Sequence record: NC_048078.1
DNA from: Escherichia phage N30
Direction: 5' to 3' (one strand)
DNA: 39,266 bases
Below are positions 38,870-39,266 of the stretch, in pieces. The notes beneath the pieces were generated by a model, which saw only the letters and a program-made list of their open reading frames with translations, searched no databases and was not told where the DNA came from. A program made the translations under genes and the position numbers. The number at the start of each line of letters is the position of its first letter. Positions within the stretch are counted from its first letter, which is position 1.

Positions 38870-39106
38870 CTTACTGACCGACTGATGGCTCACCGAGGGA
38901 TTCAGCGGTATGATTGCATCACACCACTTCATCCCTATAGAGTCAAGTCCTAAGGTATACCCATAAAGAGCCTCTAATGGTCTATCCGTAAGGTCTATAC
39001 CTAAAGATAGGCCATCATATTAGTGTCACCTAAAGAGGGTCTTAGAGAGGTCCTGAGGAGTCCCTAGAGGGTCCTTTAAAATATACCATAAAAATCTGAG
39101 TGACTA
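38870..39106. repeat. Right-end short-repeat region adjacent to DTR (concatemer junction/packaging region)
   Basis: Repeated cctaaag/ccataaag/ccgtaagg-type elements, mirroring the left-end array. Confidence 0.5.
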
Positions 39107-39266
39107 TCTCACAGTTTAAGAACCCAAAGTTCCCCCCATAGGGGTCCCTAAAGCCCAGCCAATCACCTAAAGCCAACCGAAGGTTGACCTTGAGGGGTTC
39201 CCTAAGGGTTGGGATGACCCTTTAGTTGTCTCTTTGGGTTTACCTTGAGTGTCTCTTCTTGTCCCT
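39107..39266. repeat. Right direct terminal repeat (DTR)
   Basis: Copy of bases 1-159 with one additional G in the G-run at 39194-39197. Confidence 0.9.

Overview
The window is a complete linear genome (39,266 bp) of a T7-like podophage (T7 supergroup, Autographiviridae-type), with every gene on the + strand and the ends bounded by 159/160-bp direct terminal repeats (1-159 and 39107-39266). Gene order runs collinear with T7 from 0.3 (Ocr) through 19.5, and I count 17 phage-RNAP promoters of the TAATACGACTCACTATAG type, three host sigma70 early promoters, the early terminator TE and the late terminator Tphi. All comparisons with T7 are made from memory of the T7 reference, not from a database search. 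Against that memory the phage is close to T7 but mosaic: it lacks ORFs at the T7 positions of genes 1.4, 2.8, 3.8, 5.3 and 7.7, and carries two paralogous HNH endonuclease genes at non-T7 positions (12248-12667 and 38108-38551). The most interesting locus is the tail-fibre module: the gene 17 C-terminal half does not match my memory of T7 and contains HxH motifs, and it is followed by an extra, translationally coupled 125-aa ORF (34853-35230) that T7 lacks. I propose that ORF as a candidate fibre-assembly chaperone, which is an inference only. No tRNA, CRISPR array, integrase or minus-strand gene was found.
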